Shown piece after piece: positions 1 to 8,924 of a stretch of 32,000 nucleotides of DNA (the stretch's first letter is position 1; each line of letters begins with the position of its first letter). The DNA lies in the NCBI RefSeq assembly GCF_000020385.1, contig NC_010814.1, positions 3,660,001-3,692,000 of the forward strand. The letters are read 5' to 3'. Under the pieces are notes generated by a model, which had not been told where the DNA came from, did no database searches, and worked only from the letters and a program-made list of their open reading frames with translations. This DNA is from Trichlorobacter lovleyi SZ (GTDB lineage: Bacteria > Desulfobacterota > Desulfuromonadia > Geobacterales > Pseudopelobacteraceae). Position numbers and translations under genes: made by a program.

Positions 1-147
1 TCATTCAGCCTATGTGTTTATCAACTAAACTCCAAAAACCTTTTCCAGCAGACACTCCATCTCATCGTCTATCCCCACATGCCCTGTGTATCATGACATG
101 AATGCCATACCTCCATATAGTCGGCATTGGAGACGCTCCCCATTTTA

Positions 148-1038
148 TCAATGCGGTGCAGCAATTTTTGTCAGCACTGCGGTAAATTCCTGGCGGCCAC
201 AGGGTGTATCGTAAACCACCACCGGATAGAGATCCAGCAACTCAAGCGAATGAAGCAGAGTTACAATAGACCTGAATGTATCAGGAACAAATTGCCATGC
301 ATGGACATCAATATATGAACCTTGCGCATTCTTGTATAGCTCTATCGCTGCGTGTATCCGATTAACCAATGCATCTCTGAAGCCCGGATCTTCGTGATCG
401 CCCTCCCAATGCCGTTGGATGTCATTGTGAGTGGCAAGGGCACCATATTCAATAACACTGGCAAGTATGTGCCTGGTTCTCTGTTCCTGAAATGCATATA
501 AAACGTCAGCGATAGTCGACTCAGGGATAAAGTGATCGAAACAATACCGTTTATCCGGAATGGCCAGGAAGTAAAAGCCGCCGGGGGGGAGAAGCTGTGC
601 CACCTGCCTGAGATGCGACAGAAGGCACGGCTGATGCTCAATGACATGTGCGCTGAATACCGCCTGAAAGGTATCACATATGGTTGAAAGATCTCCGTCA
701 GGAGATACATAGTGAATATGCGGAATTTCTGTTACAGGAAGGTTATGTTCACGGGCGCGTTCACAGAGTCCGTCGTAATCCAGGACATCAAAGTAGCGCA
801 CATTCGGTCCGACAAGTGACGGCCTGTAAAAGGGACCGATTTCTAAAATGCTCTCCAGTTGGCCGGCAATCTGGACCAGGACCTCCCTGAAGGCGGCAGC
901 GGCAGCAGGCCGCCCTTCTGCCCTGCCGATACTCTCATAATGATGATAGAGCTCATCATCACCCAGCAGGCCAAGATCTGGATTTGTTGATCGATAGTAT
1001 TCCGGATCAAATTCATCCGGGCGTATCGGATGTGCCAT
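148..1038 (-). CDS. class I SAM-dependent methyltransferase
   Basis: 296-aa ORF. It has a motif-I-like ILEIGPFYRP and downstream AHVIEHQP...LLPPGGFYFLAIPDK blocks typical of Methyltransf_11/23-type enzymes. Family-level call only. Confidence 0.6.
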   Translation of the reverse strand: MAHPIRPDEFDPEYYRSTNPDLGLLGDDELYHHYESIGRAEGRPAAAAAFREVLVQIAGQLESILEIGPFYRPSLVGPNVRYFDVLDYDGLCERAREHNLPVTEIPHIHYVSPDGDLSTICDTFQAVFSAHVIEHQPCLLSHLRQVAQLLPPGGFYFLAIPDKRYCFDHFIPESTIADVLYAFQEQRTRHILASVIEYGALATHNDIQRHWEGDHEDPGFRDALVNRIHAAIELYKNAQGSYIDVHAWQFVPDTFRSIVTLLHSLELLDLYPVVVYDTPCGRQEFTAVLTKIAAPH

Positions 1039-1089
1039 ACCGTCCTCACAACGTGCGTTTCATCACCAGTTAATACCGGTTTCAGACTG

Positions 1090-2466
1090 TTACCGCCCTC
1101 GTTTCTCCGGCTTCTCGATCCCGTGTTTATCCAGACGGTACTGCAACGTTTTATAGGAAAGTCCCAGGATCGGCGCGGCCTTGCCGATCACCCAGTCGGC
1201 CCGTTCCATTGCCTTCAGGATCAGCGCCTTTTCCATCTCCTCAAAATTAATCCCCTCCGGCGGCAGTTCAAAGGGAACCATAACCCCCTCGCTCAGACTG
1301 CTGATTTCACTTGGCAGGTCCTCCGGCTGGATGATACTGCCTTCTGCCATCAGGACAGCCCGCTCAATGACCGACTCCAGCTGGCGTACGTTGCCAGGCC
1401 AGGTATAGTTCATCAGCTGTTTGAGTGCCGCCTTGGAGATCCCTTCCACGGCAATGCCGGATGCCTCCCGGTATTTTGCGACAAAGAAGTTTGCCAGGGT
1501 GGCGATATCGCTGCCTCGCTCCCGCAACGGCGGTAGATTGATCCGGATCACGTTCAGCCGGTAGTAGAGATCCTCACGGAAGGTGCCGCGCTTGATCTCC
1601 TGTTCCAGATCCCGGTTGGTAGCTGATATAATCCGCACATCCAGCGGCAGGTTGACCTTGCCTCCCACCCGGCGAATCTCCTTTTCCTGGATAGCCCGCA
1701 ACAGTTTGGCCTGCATGGAGACGTTCATCTCGCCGATTTCATCCAGAAAAACCGTCCCGCCGTTGGCAGCCTCAAGGATACCGATCTCTCGGGCATTGGC
1801 TCCGGTAAAACTGCCTTTTTCATGACCAAACAGTTCACTTTCAATCAGGGTTTCAGGTATGGCCGCACAGTTGATTGCCATAAAGGGGCAATCCTTGCGG
1901 GGCGAACGGTCATGCACCGCCCGTGCAACCAACTCCTTGCCGGTACCCGACTCACCATAGACCAGTACGGTGGATGAGGTGGCGGCAATCTTGGTGACAA
2001 CCCGGTAGACCTCCTTCATTTTGGGATGTTCTCCAATGATTGAGGAGATCCGTTCGATCTCAGCCACCCGTTTTTGCAACACCCGGTTCTCCCGCACCAG
2101 GGTGATCCGCTCGAAGGCCCGTTTCAGGGTCAGGAGCAGATTTTCCCGTTCAAGCGGCTTTTCAAGATAATCAAAGGCACCGCGCTTCATGGCCCCAACC
2201 GCCGTATCAACGGTACCATGGGCGGTCATCATGATCACACACTGCTGCGGATCATCGGCCATGACCTGTTCCAGCAGATCAAGACCGGACTGGCCCTGCA
2301 TCTTCAGGTCGGTCAGGATCAGATCAAATTCACGTTTTCCCAGCATAGCAAGAGCTTCCTGCACGCCGGAGGCCTCAGCGGTATCATAACCGACCCCCTG
2401 CAGGATCATGGTCAGGATCTCACGTTGGCTTTTTTCATCATCAACGATCAGAATACTTCCGCTCAT
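1090..2466 (-). CDS. sigma-54-dependent response regulator (NtrC/AtoC-family enhancer-binding protein)
   Basis: 458 aa. N-terminal receiver domain (ILIVDDE...DLILTDLKM), AAA+ core with Walker A GESGTGKE and the sigma-54 contact loop GSFTGA, and a C-terminal Fis-type HTH. Its start overlaps the kinase stop (ATGA at 2463-2466). Confidence 0.93.
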   Translation of the reverse strand: MSGSILIVDDEKSQREILTMILQGVGYDTAEASGVQEALAMLGKREFDLILTDLKMQGQSGLDLLEQVMADDPQQCVIMMTAHGTVDTAVGAMKRGAFDYLEKPLERENLLLTLKRAFERITLVRENRVLQKRVAEIERISSIIGEHPKMKEVYRVVTKIAATSSTVLVYGESGTGKELVARAVHDRSPRKDCPFMAINCAAIPETLIESELFGHEKGSFTGANAREIGILEAANGGTVFLDEIGEMNVSMQAKLLRAIQEKEIRRVGGKVNLPLDVRIISATNRDLEQEIKRGTFREDLYYRLNVIRINLPPLRERGSDIATLANFFVAKYREASGIAVEGISKAALKQLMNYTWPGNVRQLESVIERAVLMAEGSIIQPEDLPSEISSLSEGVMVPFELPPEGINFEEMEKALILKAMERADWVIGKAAPILGLSYKTLQYRLDKHGIEKPEKRGR

Positions 2467-3887
2467 CCCTTCAGCTCCTCCATCGGCAACCGTACCGAAA
2501 ATGTTGTCCCTTCACCGGGACTGCTGGCCACCAGTATTTCACCACCGTGGGCCTTGACAATCCGTTCGGTAATGGCAAGCCCCAGGCCGATCCCCACGTC
2601 CTTGGTGGTAAAGTAGGGCTGGAAGACCTTTTCCTGATCTTCAACAGCAATGCCGCAACCCTGATCCTTGAAGCCGAGCCGCACCCAGCCGGGCTCATCA
2701 TCGAGTTCCCCCTCCAGCACAATCGTGCCGCCATTGGGCATGGCCTGGGCCGCGTTGGTAATAAAGTTGGTAATACAGTTACGCATCAACTCAGGATCAA
2801 GCAGCAACACGGGCAAATCAGGTGAAATCCTCTGTTCAATCGTCACCTGCTGTGCAGCCAGACGCTCATACAGCACCGAAAGCGTACGCTCCAGCAGTTC
2901 TGAATAGGTGATCTCGCTCTTGCGCAACTTCAGTGGGCGGCCATAGTTCATGAAGTTGATCACCATGTAGTTGGCACGCCGGACCTCTTCCCGGATCTTA
3001 TCAGCCAGCGCCGTCACCTCACCGGCCCGTTCAGGACACTGCTCCACCACTTCGCTGCGCAGGTGATCGATGGCCAGACTGATGTAGTTAAGCGGATTGC
3101 GGATTTCATGGGCAATACCGGAGGCCAGCTGCCCGACCCTCGAGAGATGTTCAGCCTCGTACAGACGCTTTTCCAGGGTTTCCCGCTCCCGCAGTTTCTC
3201 CACCATTTCGTTAAAGCCCTTGGCAAGCTCGCCAACTTCGTCAGTGCTTTCAACCGGAATGGTGACCGACAGATCTCCGCTGGAGACCTTCTTGAAATCC
3301 TGGACCAGGCGGTGAATCGGATCGGTATAGCGTCGGGAGAGGTAGATTGAAAAGGCGATGCCAACGGTAAAGACCATGGCCGTTGCGGCCAGACGTTTGA
3401 TAAAATTGGAATGCTGGATATTCTGGATATTGTCCAGCAGCATGTTGACCTGGACATAGCCCAGGTGCTCGTCTCCGACAATAACCGGTACCACGACATC
3501 ATACGGCTTCTGCGACAGGATTGTACCGCCCTCGGATTTTCGCGGCGCAGACCTGACCCCTTTTTCCAGCTTTTTCAGATCCTTGATCTTACCGATTTTC
3601 TCCGGATTGGTGGAATCAATGATCTCGCCTTCACTATTAATGATGTTGATTTCATTAATCCCTTTTTGGCGGGCACCTTCAAAATATTCCGTCAATCTTG
3701 ATGTTTCTGCCTCTGAGGTAAGGTCTGCAATACTCAGCTGTACCGCCTTCGAGATTTCCTGCGAACTATCCTGAATCTCCCGGACCAGCGTATTCTGCGA
3801 AAACTGGTTCAGCGAGAAAAGCGTCATCACCGCCAGGACCAGCAGCGAGATCATGATCAATACCAGACGGGTATTCAGGTTCATCAA
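2463..3887 (-). CDS. HAMP-domain sensor histidine kinase
   Basis: 474 aa. N-terminal TM helix, extracytoplasmic segment, second TM helix, HAMP domain, H-box HEIRNPLN, N-box NAAQAM, G-boxes DQGCGI and GIGLGLAI. Translationally coupled to the downstream response regulator. Confidence 0.9.
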   Translation of the reverse strand: MMNLNTRLVLIMISLLVLAVMTLFSLNQFSQNTLVREIQDSSQEISKAVQLSIADLTSEAETSRLTEYFEGARQKGINEINIINSEGEIIDSTNPEKIGKIKDLKKLEKGVRSAPRKSEGGTILSQKPYDVVVPVIVGDEHLGYVQVNMLLDNIQNIQHSNFIKRLAATAMVFTVGIAFSIYLSRRYTDPIHRLVQDFKKVSSGDLSVTIPVESTDEVGELAKGFNEMVEKLRERETLEKRLYEAEHLSRVGQLASGIAHEIRNPLNYISLAIDHLRSEVVEQCPERAGEVTALADKIREEVRRANYMVINFMNYGRPLKLRKSEITYSELLERTLSVLYERLAAQQVTIEQRISPDLPVLLLDPELMRNCITNFITNAAQAMPNGGTIVLEGELDDEPGWVRLGFKDQGCGIAVEDQEKVFQPYFTTKDVGIGLGLAITERIVKAHGGEILVASSPGEGTTFSVRLPMEELKG

Positions 3888-4003
3888 ACGACTCCAGCCG
3901 GAAAAGTGTTGTCAGAGTAGCAGTAAAGCCCTGCTCTTGCAAGGGAACGCTCTGACGAGCGAAATTATTGACACCCTTCCGCAGGCGGTGTAGAACCTCC
4001 TCG

Positions 4004-5296
4004 ATGAAAACGTTACGCTCCGATAGCCAACACCCTTGGCACCGCTTTCCCGGCAGGTCATTCATACTCGCCTTACTCATTCTGGCAAGCGGTTGTACCA
4101 CCACCATTCCCCGCACCGACCTGCCGCTGATCACCAATGAATCCTGCGGCGATCAGGTCAAGGTGGTCACGGTGCCGCTACCGGTGATCGCTTCCTCTCC
4201 AAATGAGGGTATTACGGCCGGTGCCCTGTCAGCCTTCCTGATCCATGACACGCGGGATGAGATCTATTCCCTGCTGGCACCTCAGCTCAACTACAACCAG
4301 AATTTCGGGTTTACCGGCACCCTCTACGGCTCTGTCAACCCGTCACCTGAGCAGAACATTGAATTCAACCTCTCCCAGTCCCAGAAAAAAAACTTCGACT
4401 ATGAGGCCCGAATCCGTGATATCAGCCTGATGAACGGCAATCTTGAACTGAAAGGTTTTCTGGGCTGGTTTGCCGACGGCTCATCCCGTTTTTTTGGTTT
4501 TCATGCCCGCACACCGGGTGAACAGGAAACCAACTACACCAACCGCGAGATTACGTACAACCTGTCCGCCACCTGGTTTCTGGGACGGCACTACTATCTG
4601 GAGCTGGGGCACCGTTTCCGCTCTGTCTCCATTGGCCAGGGTGCGATCACCTCAGTACCCTTTATTACAGAGAAGTTTGCCAAGCAGGACGTCCCGGGGG
4701 TGGAAGGATTTACCACCCATGCCCCCCGCATCTCACTGATCTACAGCACCTATGACAGCAAGACCCTGCCCACCTATGGCGGCTATGCCCGGATTACCTT
4801 TGAGCCCACCATCAAGCTGCTGGGAGGGGCTGAGGACTACCGTCACTATGAGGTGGAAGCAAAGGGCTACCTGCCCCATGACCAGGAAAAGCGATTTATC
4901 TCGGTCTTCCGGCTGATGTACAACCAGACCCTGGGTGACACCGACAACAGCAAGGTACCGTTTCTTGAGCAAAGTATCCTGGGGGGGGAGAACACGCTGC
5001 GGGGCTACGGGAAAAACCGTTTCATTGACAACAGCTTCCTGCTCTTGAACCTGGAAGAACGTATCCGCTTGTTTCGCTGGGAGATTTTCAACGTCACAGC
5101 GGATTGGGAAGTGGCCCCCTTCATTGATCTGGGGGCGGTGATGGAGAGCTTTGACAAGGCCAGCTCCCGTAATTTCGAGTTTAACCCCGGCGTCGGCTTC
5201 AGAGCAACGGTACGCCCCAATATCGTTGGCCGTGTGGATATCGGCGTAGGCAAGGATGGACCGGCAGTGTACGTGGGTTTAGGATACCCCTTCTAA
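4004..5296 (+). CDS. Omp85/BamA-family (Bac_surface_Ag) outer-membrane lipoprotein
   Basis: Lipobox LILASGC after a basic N-terminus, the GGENTLRGYGKNRF block typical of surface-antigen barrels, and a C-terminal ...VGLGYPF ending in Phe. The start is ambiguous: ATG at 4004 is preferred over the TTG at 3968 used by the ORF track. Confidence 0.72.
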   Translation: MKTLRSDSQHPWHRFPGRSFILALLILASGCTTTIPRTDLPLITNESCGDQVKVVTVPLPVIASSPNEGITAGALSAFLIHDTRDEIYSLLAPQLNYNQNFGFTGTLYGSVNPSPEQNIEFNLSQSQKKNFDYEARIRDISLMNGNLELKGFLGWFADGSSRFFGFHARTPGEQETNYTNREITYNLSATWFLGRHYYLELGHRFRSVSIGQGAITSVPFITEKFAKQDVPGVEGFTTHAPRISLIYSTYDSKTLPTYGGYARITFEPTIKLLGGAEDYRHYEVEAKGYLPHDQEKRFISVFRLMYNQTLGDTDNSKVPFLEQSILGGENTLRGYGKNRFIDNSFLLLNLEERIRLFRWEIFNVTADWEVAPFIDLGAVMESFDKASSRNFEFNPGVGFRATVRPNIVGRVDIGVGKDGPAVYVGLGYPF

Positions 5297-7045
5297 CTTC
5301 ACTCTTCTAACTTCACTCTTCAGCATTCCCTGCATCCTTGCCAGCTCGGCATAACGGCCTCCCAGCTGCAGCAGTTCATCAGGCGTCCCCTGTTCCACAA
5401 TCCTGCCCTCATCAAGCACCAGCACCCGCTGGCAATCCCGAAAGGCCGATAAACGCTGCGAAACCATCAACACCGTCTTGCCCTGCCAGCTTTCAGCCAA
5501 TGCCCCCAGAATCTCATCCTCCCGGCCGGCATCCACCGAGGCCAATGGATCATCCAGCAGCAGCAGCTCAGGCTCCCGCACCAGAGACCGGGCCAGGGCA
5601 ACCCGCTGACGCTGTCCGCCGGAGAGGGTTACCCCCCGTTCTCCCACCACGGTTGCCAGACCGGCGCTGAAACTTTGCAGATCCGCTGCAAGACCGGCCC
5701 GCTGTACCGCTGTTGCAACGTCACCATTGCCGCCGTAGGCAACATTGTCCGCAATGCTGCGTGAGAAAAGAGTCGTTTCCTGAGGCACATACCCCATCAA
5801 GCGGCGCAGCGAGGCAAGTTCCAGCGAATTGACATCCTGGCCGTCCAGAAACAGCATGCTGTCAGGCAGTGGCAACAGACGTGGTATCAGACGCAGCAAG
5901 GTTGATTTGCCACATCCCACCGGCCCCGTGATCCCGACCCGTTCGCCGGGAGCAATTGAAAATGAGATACCGTCCAGTATCCGACGTTCGCCATAACTGA
6001 AGCGAAGCTCACGCAGTTCCAGCCCCTTGCCGATACCGCCAAGCGGGCGGGCTTCCGGGTCTTCCACAACCGCGGGAATGCTCTGCAGCAGCTCATTCAG
6101 GCGGGCCATGGAGGCCGCACCCCGCTGCACCAGGGTCAGGATCCAGCCCAGCACCGCTGTCGGCCAGGCCAACAGCGCCAGATAACCGGAAAAGGCCACA
6201 AACTGCCCCAGGCTGATCTGATTGGTAATCACCAGGCGGCCGCCAAGATAGAGGACCGCCAGGGTTCCTGCCCCGGTTGCCAGGGCCATGACCGGCATCA
6301 CCAGCCCACGCAGCCGGGCAAGCTCGAGGTTCTTTGCAAGACAGTGGTCCGAGATGCGGTCAAACTGCCCGGCAACATACGCCTCCCGGCAATAGCTTTT
6401 GATCAGCCGGATAGCGCCGACAGACTCCTCGGTCAGACTGGAAAGCCGGGCAAGTTCGTCCTGAGCCTGCCGGGAAACCGAAAAAATCCTGCTGCTCATT
6501 GCCCTGACCGCAAGTACCATTAAAGGCAGTGGTGCCACCGCCGCCACGGTCAGCCAGAGATTGATCTGAAGCATCAGCCAGAGTCCTGCCAGATACAGCA
6601 CAACCGTATTCAGGAGGCTCATCACCCCGAATCCGGTCAACATCCGCAGATTGGTCAGGTCATTGGCAAAACGGGAAAGGATATCCCCCGAGCGTTCGCG
6701 GGAGAAAAAGACCAGATCAAGGGTCATCAGACGGGCAAACAGTGCTTCACGGATCTGAAACTCAAGCAAACGGGCCGCATTGAGTATAACCGTGCGAGAA
6801 AAGATACGGACCAGGGCGTACCCAACCGCAATCAATCCGATCAGCAGCGCAGCCTTGCCGGATGACAAAAGCGCGTGCTCAGGATGCTGCAATCCGTCAA
6901 TCACCAGTTTCAGCAGCCAGGGGATCAGCAGGGCACAGGCGTTGGTAAGCACCAGCAGAAAGGCTCCGACGGCATAACGCCAGCGGAGCCCGTCAAGAAA
7001 TGGTACAAGGGTTTTCAGGTGCTGCAATGAAGAAGAGTAACCCAT
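5279..7045 (-). CDS. ABC exporter, fused permease/ATPase (MsbA/lipid-export-like type)
   Basis: Six-TM N-terminal domain, then Walker A GPVGCGKST, signature LSGGQRQR and Walker B LLLLDDPL. The start is set at ATG 7045 (MGYSSSLQHLK...), 13 nt after the ssb stop. The longer track ORF (to 7168) runs into ssb. Confidence 0.88.
   Translation of the reverse strand: MGYSSSLQHLKTLVPFLDGLRWRYAVGAFLLVLTNACALLIPWLLKLVIDGLQHPEHALLSSGKAALLIGLIAVGYALVRIFSRTVILNAARLLEFQIREALFARLMTLDLVFFSRERSGDILSRFANDLTNLRMLTGFGVMSLLNTVVLYLAGLWLMLQINLWLTVAAVAPLPLMVLAVRAMSSRIFSVSRQAQDELARLSSLTEESVGAIRLIKSYCREAYVAGQFDRISDHCLAKNLELARLRGLVMPVMALATGAGTLAVLYLGGRLVITNQISLGQFVAFSGYLALLAWPTAVLGWILTLVQRGAASMARLNELLQSIPAVVEDPEARPLGGIGKGLELRELRFSYGERRILDGISFSIAPGERVGITGPVGCGKSTLLRLIPRLLPLPDSMLFLDGQDVNSLELASLRRLMGYVPQETTLFSRSIADNVAYGGNGDVATAVQRAGLAADLQSFSAGLATVVGERGVTLSGGQRQRVALARSLVREPELLLLDDPLASVDAGREDEILGALAESWQGKTVLMVSQRLSAFRDCQRVLVLDEGRIVEQGTPDELLQLGGRYAELARMQGMLKSEVRRVKLEGVS
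5291..5318. repeat. perfect tandem duplication, 2 x 14 bp (ttctaacttcactc)
   Basis: Read directly: 5291-5304 equals 5305-5318, followed by a partial third unit ttc. It lies at the 18-bp overlap of the convergent genes ending at 5296 (+) and 5279 (-). Confidence 0.9.
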
Positions 7046-7058
7046 CTCAATCAGCGGA

Positions 7059-7499
7059 TCAGAACGGGATGTCGTCGTCCTGGAAGGGAGGCTCATCGTA
7101 GCTGACCGTGGTATCGGCCACACCGCCGGCTGCCGGACGGCGGGCGCCGCCACCACCACCGCCATCACCCTTGCCGCTCAGCATCTGCATCCGGTCACCA
7201 ACAATCTCAGTGGTATATTTATCATTGCCGTCACGGTCAGTCCACTTGCGGGTCTGCAAGCGTCCCTCGATATAGACGGTCTTGCCCTTGGCCAGATATT
7301 CACCAGCAATTTCGGCCAGTTTACCCCACAGCGTCACCCGGTGCCATTCAGTCCGCTCTTCCCAGTCACCGCTCTTGTTCTTGAACTTCTCACTGGTGGC
7401 CAGGTTAAAACTTGCCACCGCCTGGCCCGAAGTGGTGTAGCGCACCTCCGGGTCTTTCCCCAGATTTCCGATCAGCATTACCTTATTAAGACTGGCCAT
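7059..7499 (-). CDS. ssb: single-stranded DNA-binding protein
   Basis: [24 protein letters not shown]-fold N-terminus, a Gly-rich linker and the acidic tail DDDIPF. GGAGGA lies upstream of ATG 7499. Confidence 0.93.
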   Translation of the reverse strand: MASLNKVMLIGNLGKDPEVRYTTSGQAVASFNLATSEKFKNKSGDWEERTEWHRVTLWGKLAEIAGEYLAKGKTVYIEGRLQTRKWTDRDGNDKYTTEIVGDRMQMLSGKGDGGGGGGARRPAAGGVADTTVSYDEPPFQDDDIPF

Positions 7500-7536
7500 A
7501 GGATTCCTCCTGAATTCTTGGTCTGTGTGGAAGGAC

Positions 7537-7565
7537 GTTATAGCATCGCCATGAGAGGGGTGCAA
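7537..7565 (-). promoter_or_regulatory. candidate sigma-70 promoter for ssb (TTGCAC-17-TATAAC)
   Basis: -35 at 7560-7565 and -10 at 7537-7542 on the minus strand, with a 17-nt spacer, ~38 nt upstream of ATG 7499. Sequence match only. Confidence 0.25.
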
Positions 7566-7582
7566 GGTAAAGAGGGCGCTGC

Positions 7583-7611
7583 TTGACCTGATGCATTAAA
7601 ATAGCTAAACT
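7583..7611 (+). promoter_or_regulatory. candidate sigma-70 promoter for plsC (TTGACC-17-TAAACT)
   Basis: -35 at 7583-7588 and -10 at 7606-7611, with a 17-nt spacer, ~28 nt upstream of GTG 7639, which is preceded by AGGGG. Sequence match only. Confidence 0.35.
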
Positions 7612-7638
7612 CACGCAGATTTTTCAAGGGGTGGTACT

Positions 7639-8343
7639 GTGGCGCTGATCCGTGGCTTGCTTTATATGTCTGTCTTTTTCCCCCTGACCTTCCTGATTGC
7701 CGCTGTTGCAATCCTGTCGACGCTTATTGATCGTCGCTATTACGCATGGTTTGCCCGTTTCTGGGGACGCCTGGGGATCACCATGGCCGGCATCAGCGTA
7801 ACGGTCAGTGGTGGGGAACAGCTCCCTGACGGCCCGATCATCGTGATGAGCAACCATGCCAGCAACTTTGATATCCTGGCCATGCAAGGCTATTTCCCCC
7901 GCCCGCTTTCCTGGATCGCCAAAAAAGAACTGTTTTCAATTCCGGTCTTTGGCTGGTCCATGCGACGGGGCGGCTATATCGCCCTGGATCGCGGTGATGG
8001 CCGCAAGGCCCTGAAAAGCATGGACGAAGCTGCCGCCCAGATTAAAGGCGGCACCAGCGTGATCATCTTCCCCGAAGGAACCCGCACCAGAGATGGTCAG
8101 CTGCTGCCGTTCAAACGGGGTGGTTTCCTGCTGGCTGTGAAAGCAGGCGTGCCGGTGGTGCCGGTCAGTATCGTGGGCAGCTTTGCCATCAATCCCGGCG
8201 GCAGCCTGGGGTTGAATCTCGGACGATCGGTCCAGCTCACGATCCATGCGCCTATTACCCTGCCTGCAGGCCTGAAGCGGGCGGAGGCGGAAGAACTGTT
8301 GATGCAGCAGGTGCATACTGCCGTTACAGGCGGGTTGCCATGA
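7639..8343 (+). CDS. plsC: 1-acyl-sn-glycerol-3-phosphate acyltransferase
   Basis: 234 aa with an N-terminal TM helix, the acyltransferase HX4D motif NHASNFD and the FPEGTR block. GTG start. Confidence 0.88.
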   Translation: MALIRGLLYMSVFFPLTFLIAAVAILSTLIDRRYYAWFARFWGRLGITMAGISVTVSGGEQLPDGPIIVMSNHASNFDILAMQGYFPRPLSWIAKKELFSIPVFGWSMRRGGYIALDRGDGRKALKSMDEAAAQIKGGTSVIIFPEGTRTRDGQLLPFKRGGFLLAVKAGVPVVPVSIVGSFAINPGGSLGLNLGRSVQLTIHAPITLPAGLKRAEAEELLMQQVHTAVTGGLP

Positions 8344-8525
8344 AGGGACCTCAGTACCTGCTGCTGGTCCTGGCCGGTCTGGTTGCTCTCGGCTGGGGCC
8401 TGCCGGCTGCCCACCGCTGGCCCTCGCCCCGCAACCTGTTGCCCAGCCTGCTGGCCCTGCTGGGGATTGTCATGATGCTGCTGGGGGCGCTGCTCACCTT
8501 TCTGCCCCGTTTTTTTCTGGAGTAA
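8340..8525 (+). CDS. small two-TM membrane protein, function unknown
   Basis: 61 aa with two hydrophobic helices. Its ATG overlaps the plsC stop (ATGA at 8340-8343). Confidence 0.45.
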   Translation: MKGPQYLLLVLAGLVALGWGLPAAHRWPSPRNLLPSLLALLGIVMMLLGALLTFLPRFFLE

Positions 8526-8528
8526 ACG

Positions 8529-8924
8529 ATGGCCCGCCCCCTGATTACCATCCTGATCGCCCTGCTACTGAGCCTGCTGCTGTTGGTTGTCAACGTCAAC
8601 CAGCGCCAGAAGACCCAGTATCTTGAAGGGGTCAAGGGTGAAAAAACCGGCAACTTCATGGTGGCCCTGACCGGCTATGAATCAGCTATCAGGATGTACC
8701 TTCCCTTCTCATCCCGCGTTGAAACAGCTGCAGCACGCATCTGGGCCCTGGGCGAGACTGCCGAACAGCGTGGTGATCTTGACCAGGCACTGGCGGCCTA
8801 TCGCTCGCTACGCAGCGCCTTCTACGGCACCCGCTGGCTGCAACAGCCCGGTACAGACTGGATCAGCCGCTGCGATAAAAAAATTGCGGCACTGGTGCCG
8901 CTGCGCAAAGGAAATCAACCATGA
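8529..8924 (+). CDS. membrane-anchored hypothetical protein
   Basis: 131 aa with an N-terminal TM anchor (LITILIALLLSLLLLVV) and a helical soluble part. Its stop overlaps the rnj ATG (ATGA at 8921-8924). Confidence 0.5.
   Translation: MARPLITILIALLLSLLLLVVNVNQRQKTQYLEGVKGEKTGNFMVALTGYESAIRMYLPFSSRVETAAARIWALGETAEQRGDLDQALAAYRSLRSAFYGTRWLQQPGTDWISRCDKKIAALVPLRKGNQP

Noticed and set aside
1-147. A possible partial gene at the left window edge.
   Set aside because: Stops occur in all three minus-strand frames within the first 100 nt, and no plus-strand frame is open.
1076-1085. The 10-mer ccggtttcag shared with 10740-10749, possibly another repeat-family member.
   Set aside because: The flanking sequence shows no further similarity, so a chance match is likely.
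3968-3996. TTGACA-17-TAGAAC as a promoter giving a leaderless Omp85-like mRNA.
   Set aside because: The -10 lacks the conserved final T and has no extended TG. It is too weak to report as a feature, but it leaves the start codon choice (3968 TTG versus 4004 ATG) unresolved.
3888-4060. Sigma-54 promoter (TGGCAC-N5-TTGC) near the NtrC-type regulator, including the TGGCAC at 4037-4042.
   Set aside because: The TGGCAC at 4037 is followed by CC, not GC, at the -12 position and lies inside the OMP coding region. No GG-N10-GC match with flanking consensus was found on either strand of the spacer.
7046-7168. A 41-codon N-terminal extension of the ABC exporter ORF (629-aa version).
   Set aside because: It overlaps the 3' end of ssb on the same strand in another frame and is Ala/Val/Pro/Arg/Thr-rich. 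ATG 7045 gives a normal start 13 nt after the ssb stop.
7500-7565. A 22-codon N-terminal extension of ssb.
   Set aside because: The canonical SSB N-terminus MASLNKV begins at 7499 with GGAGGA upstream. The extension would overlap the candidate promoter.
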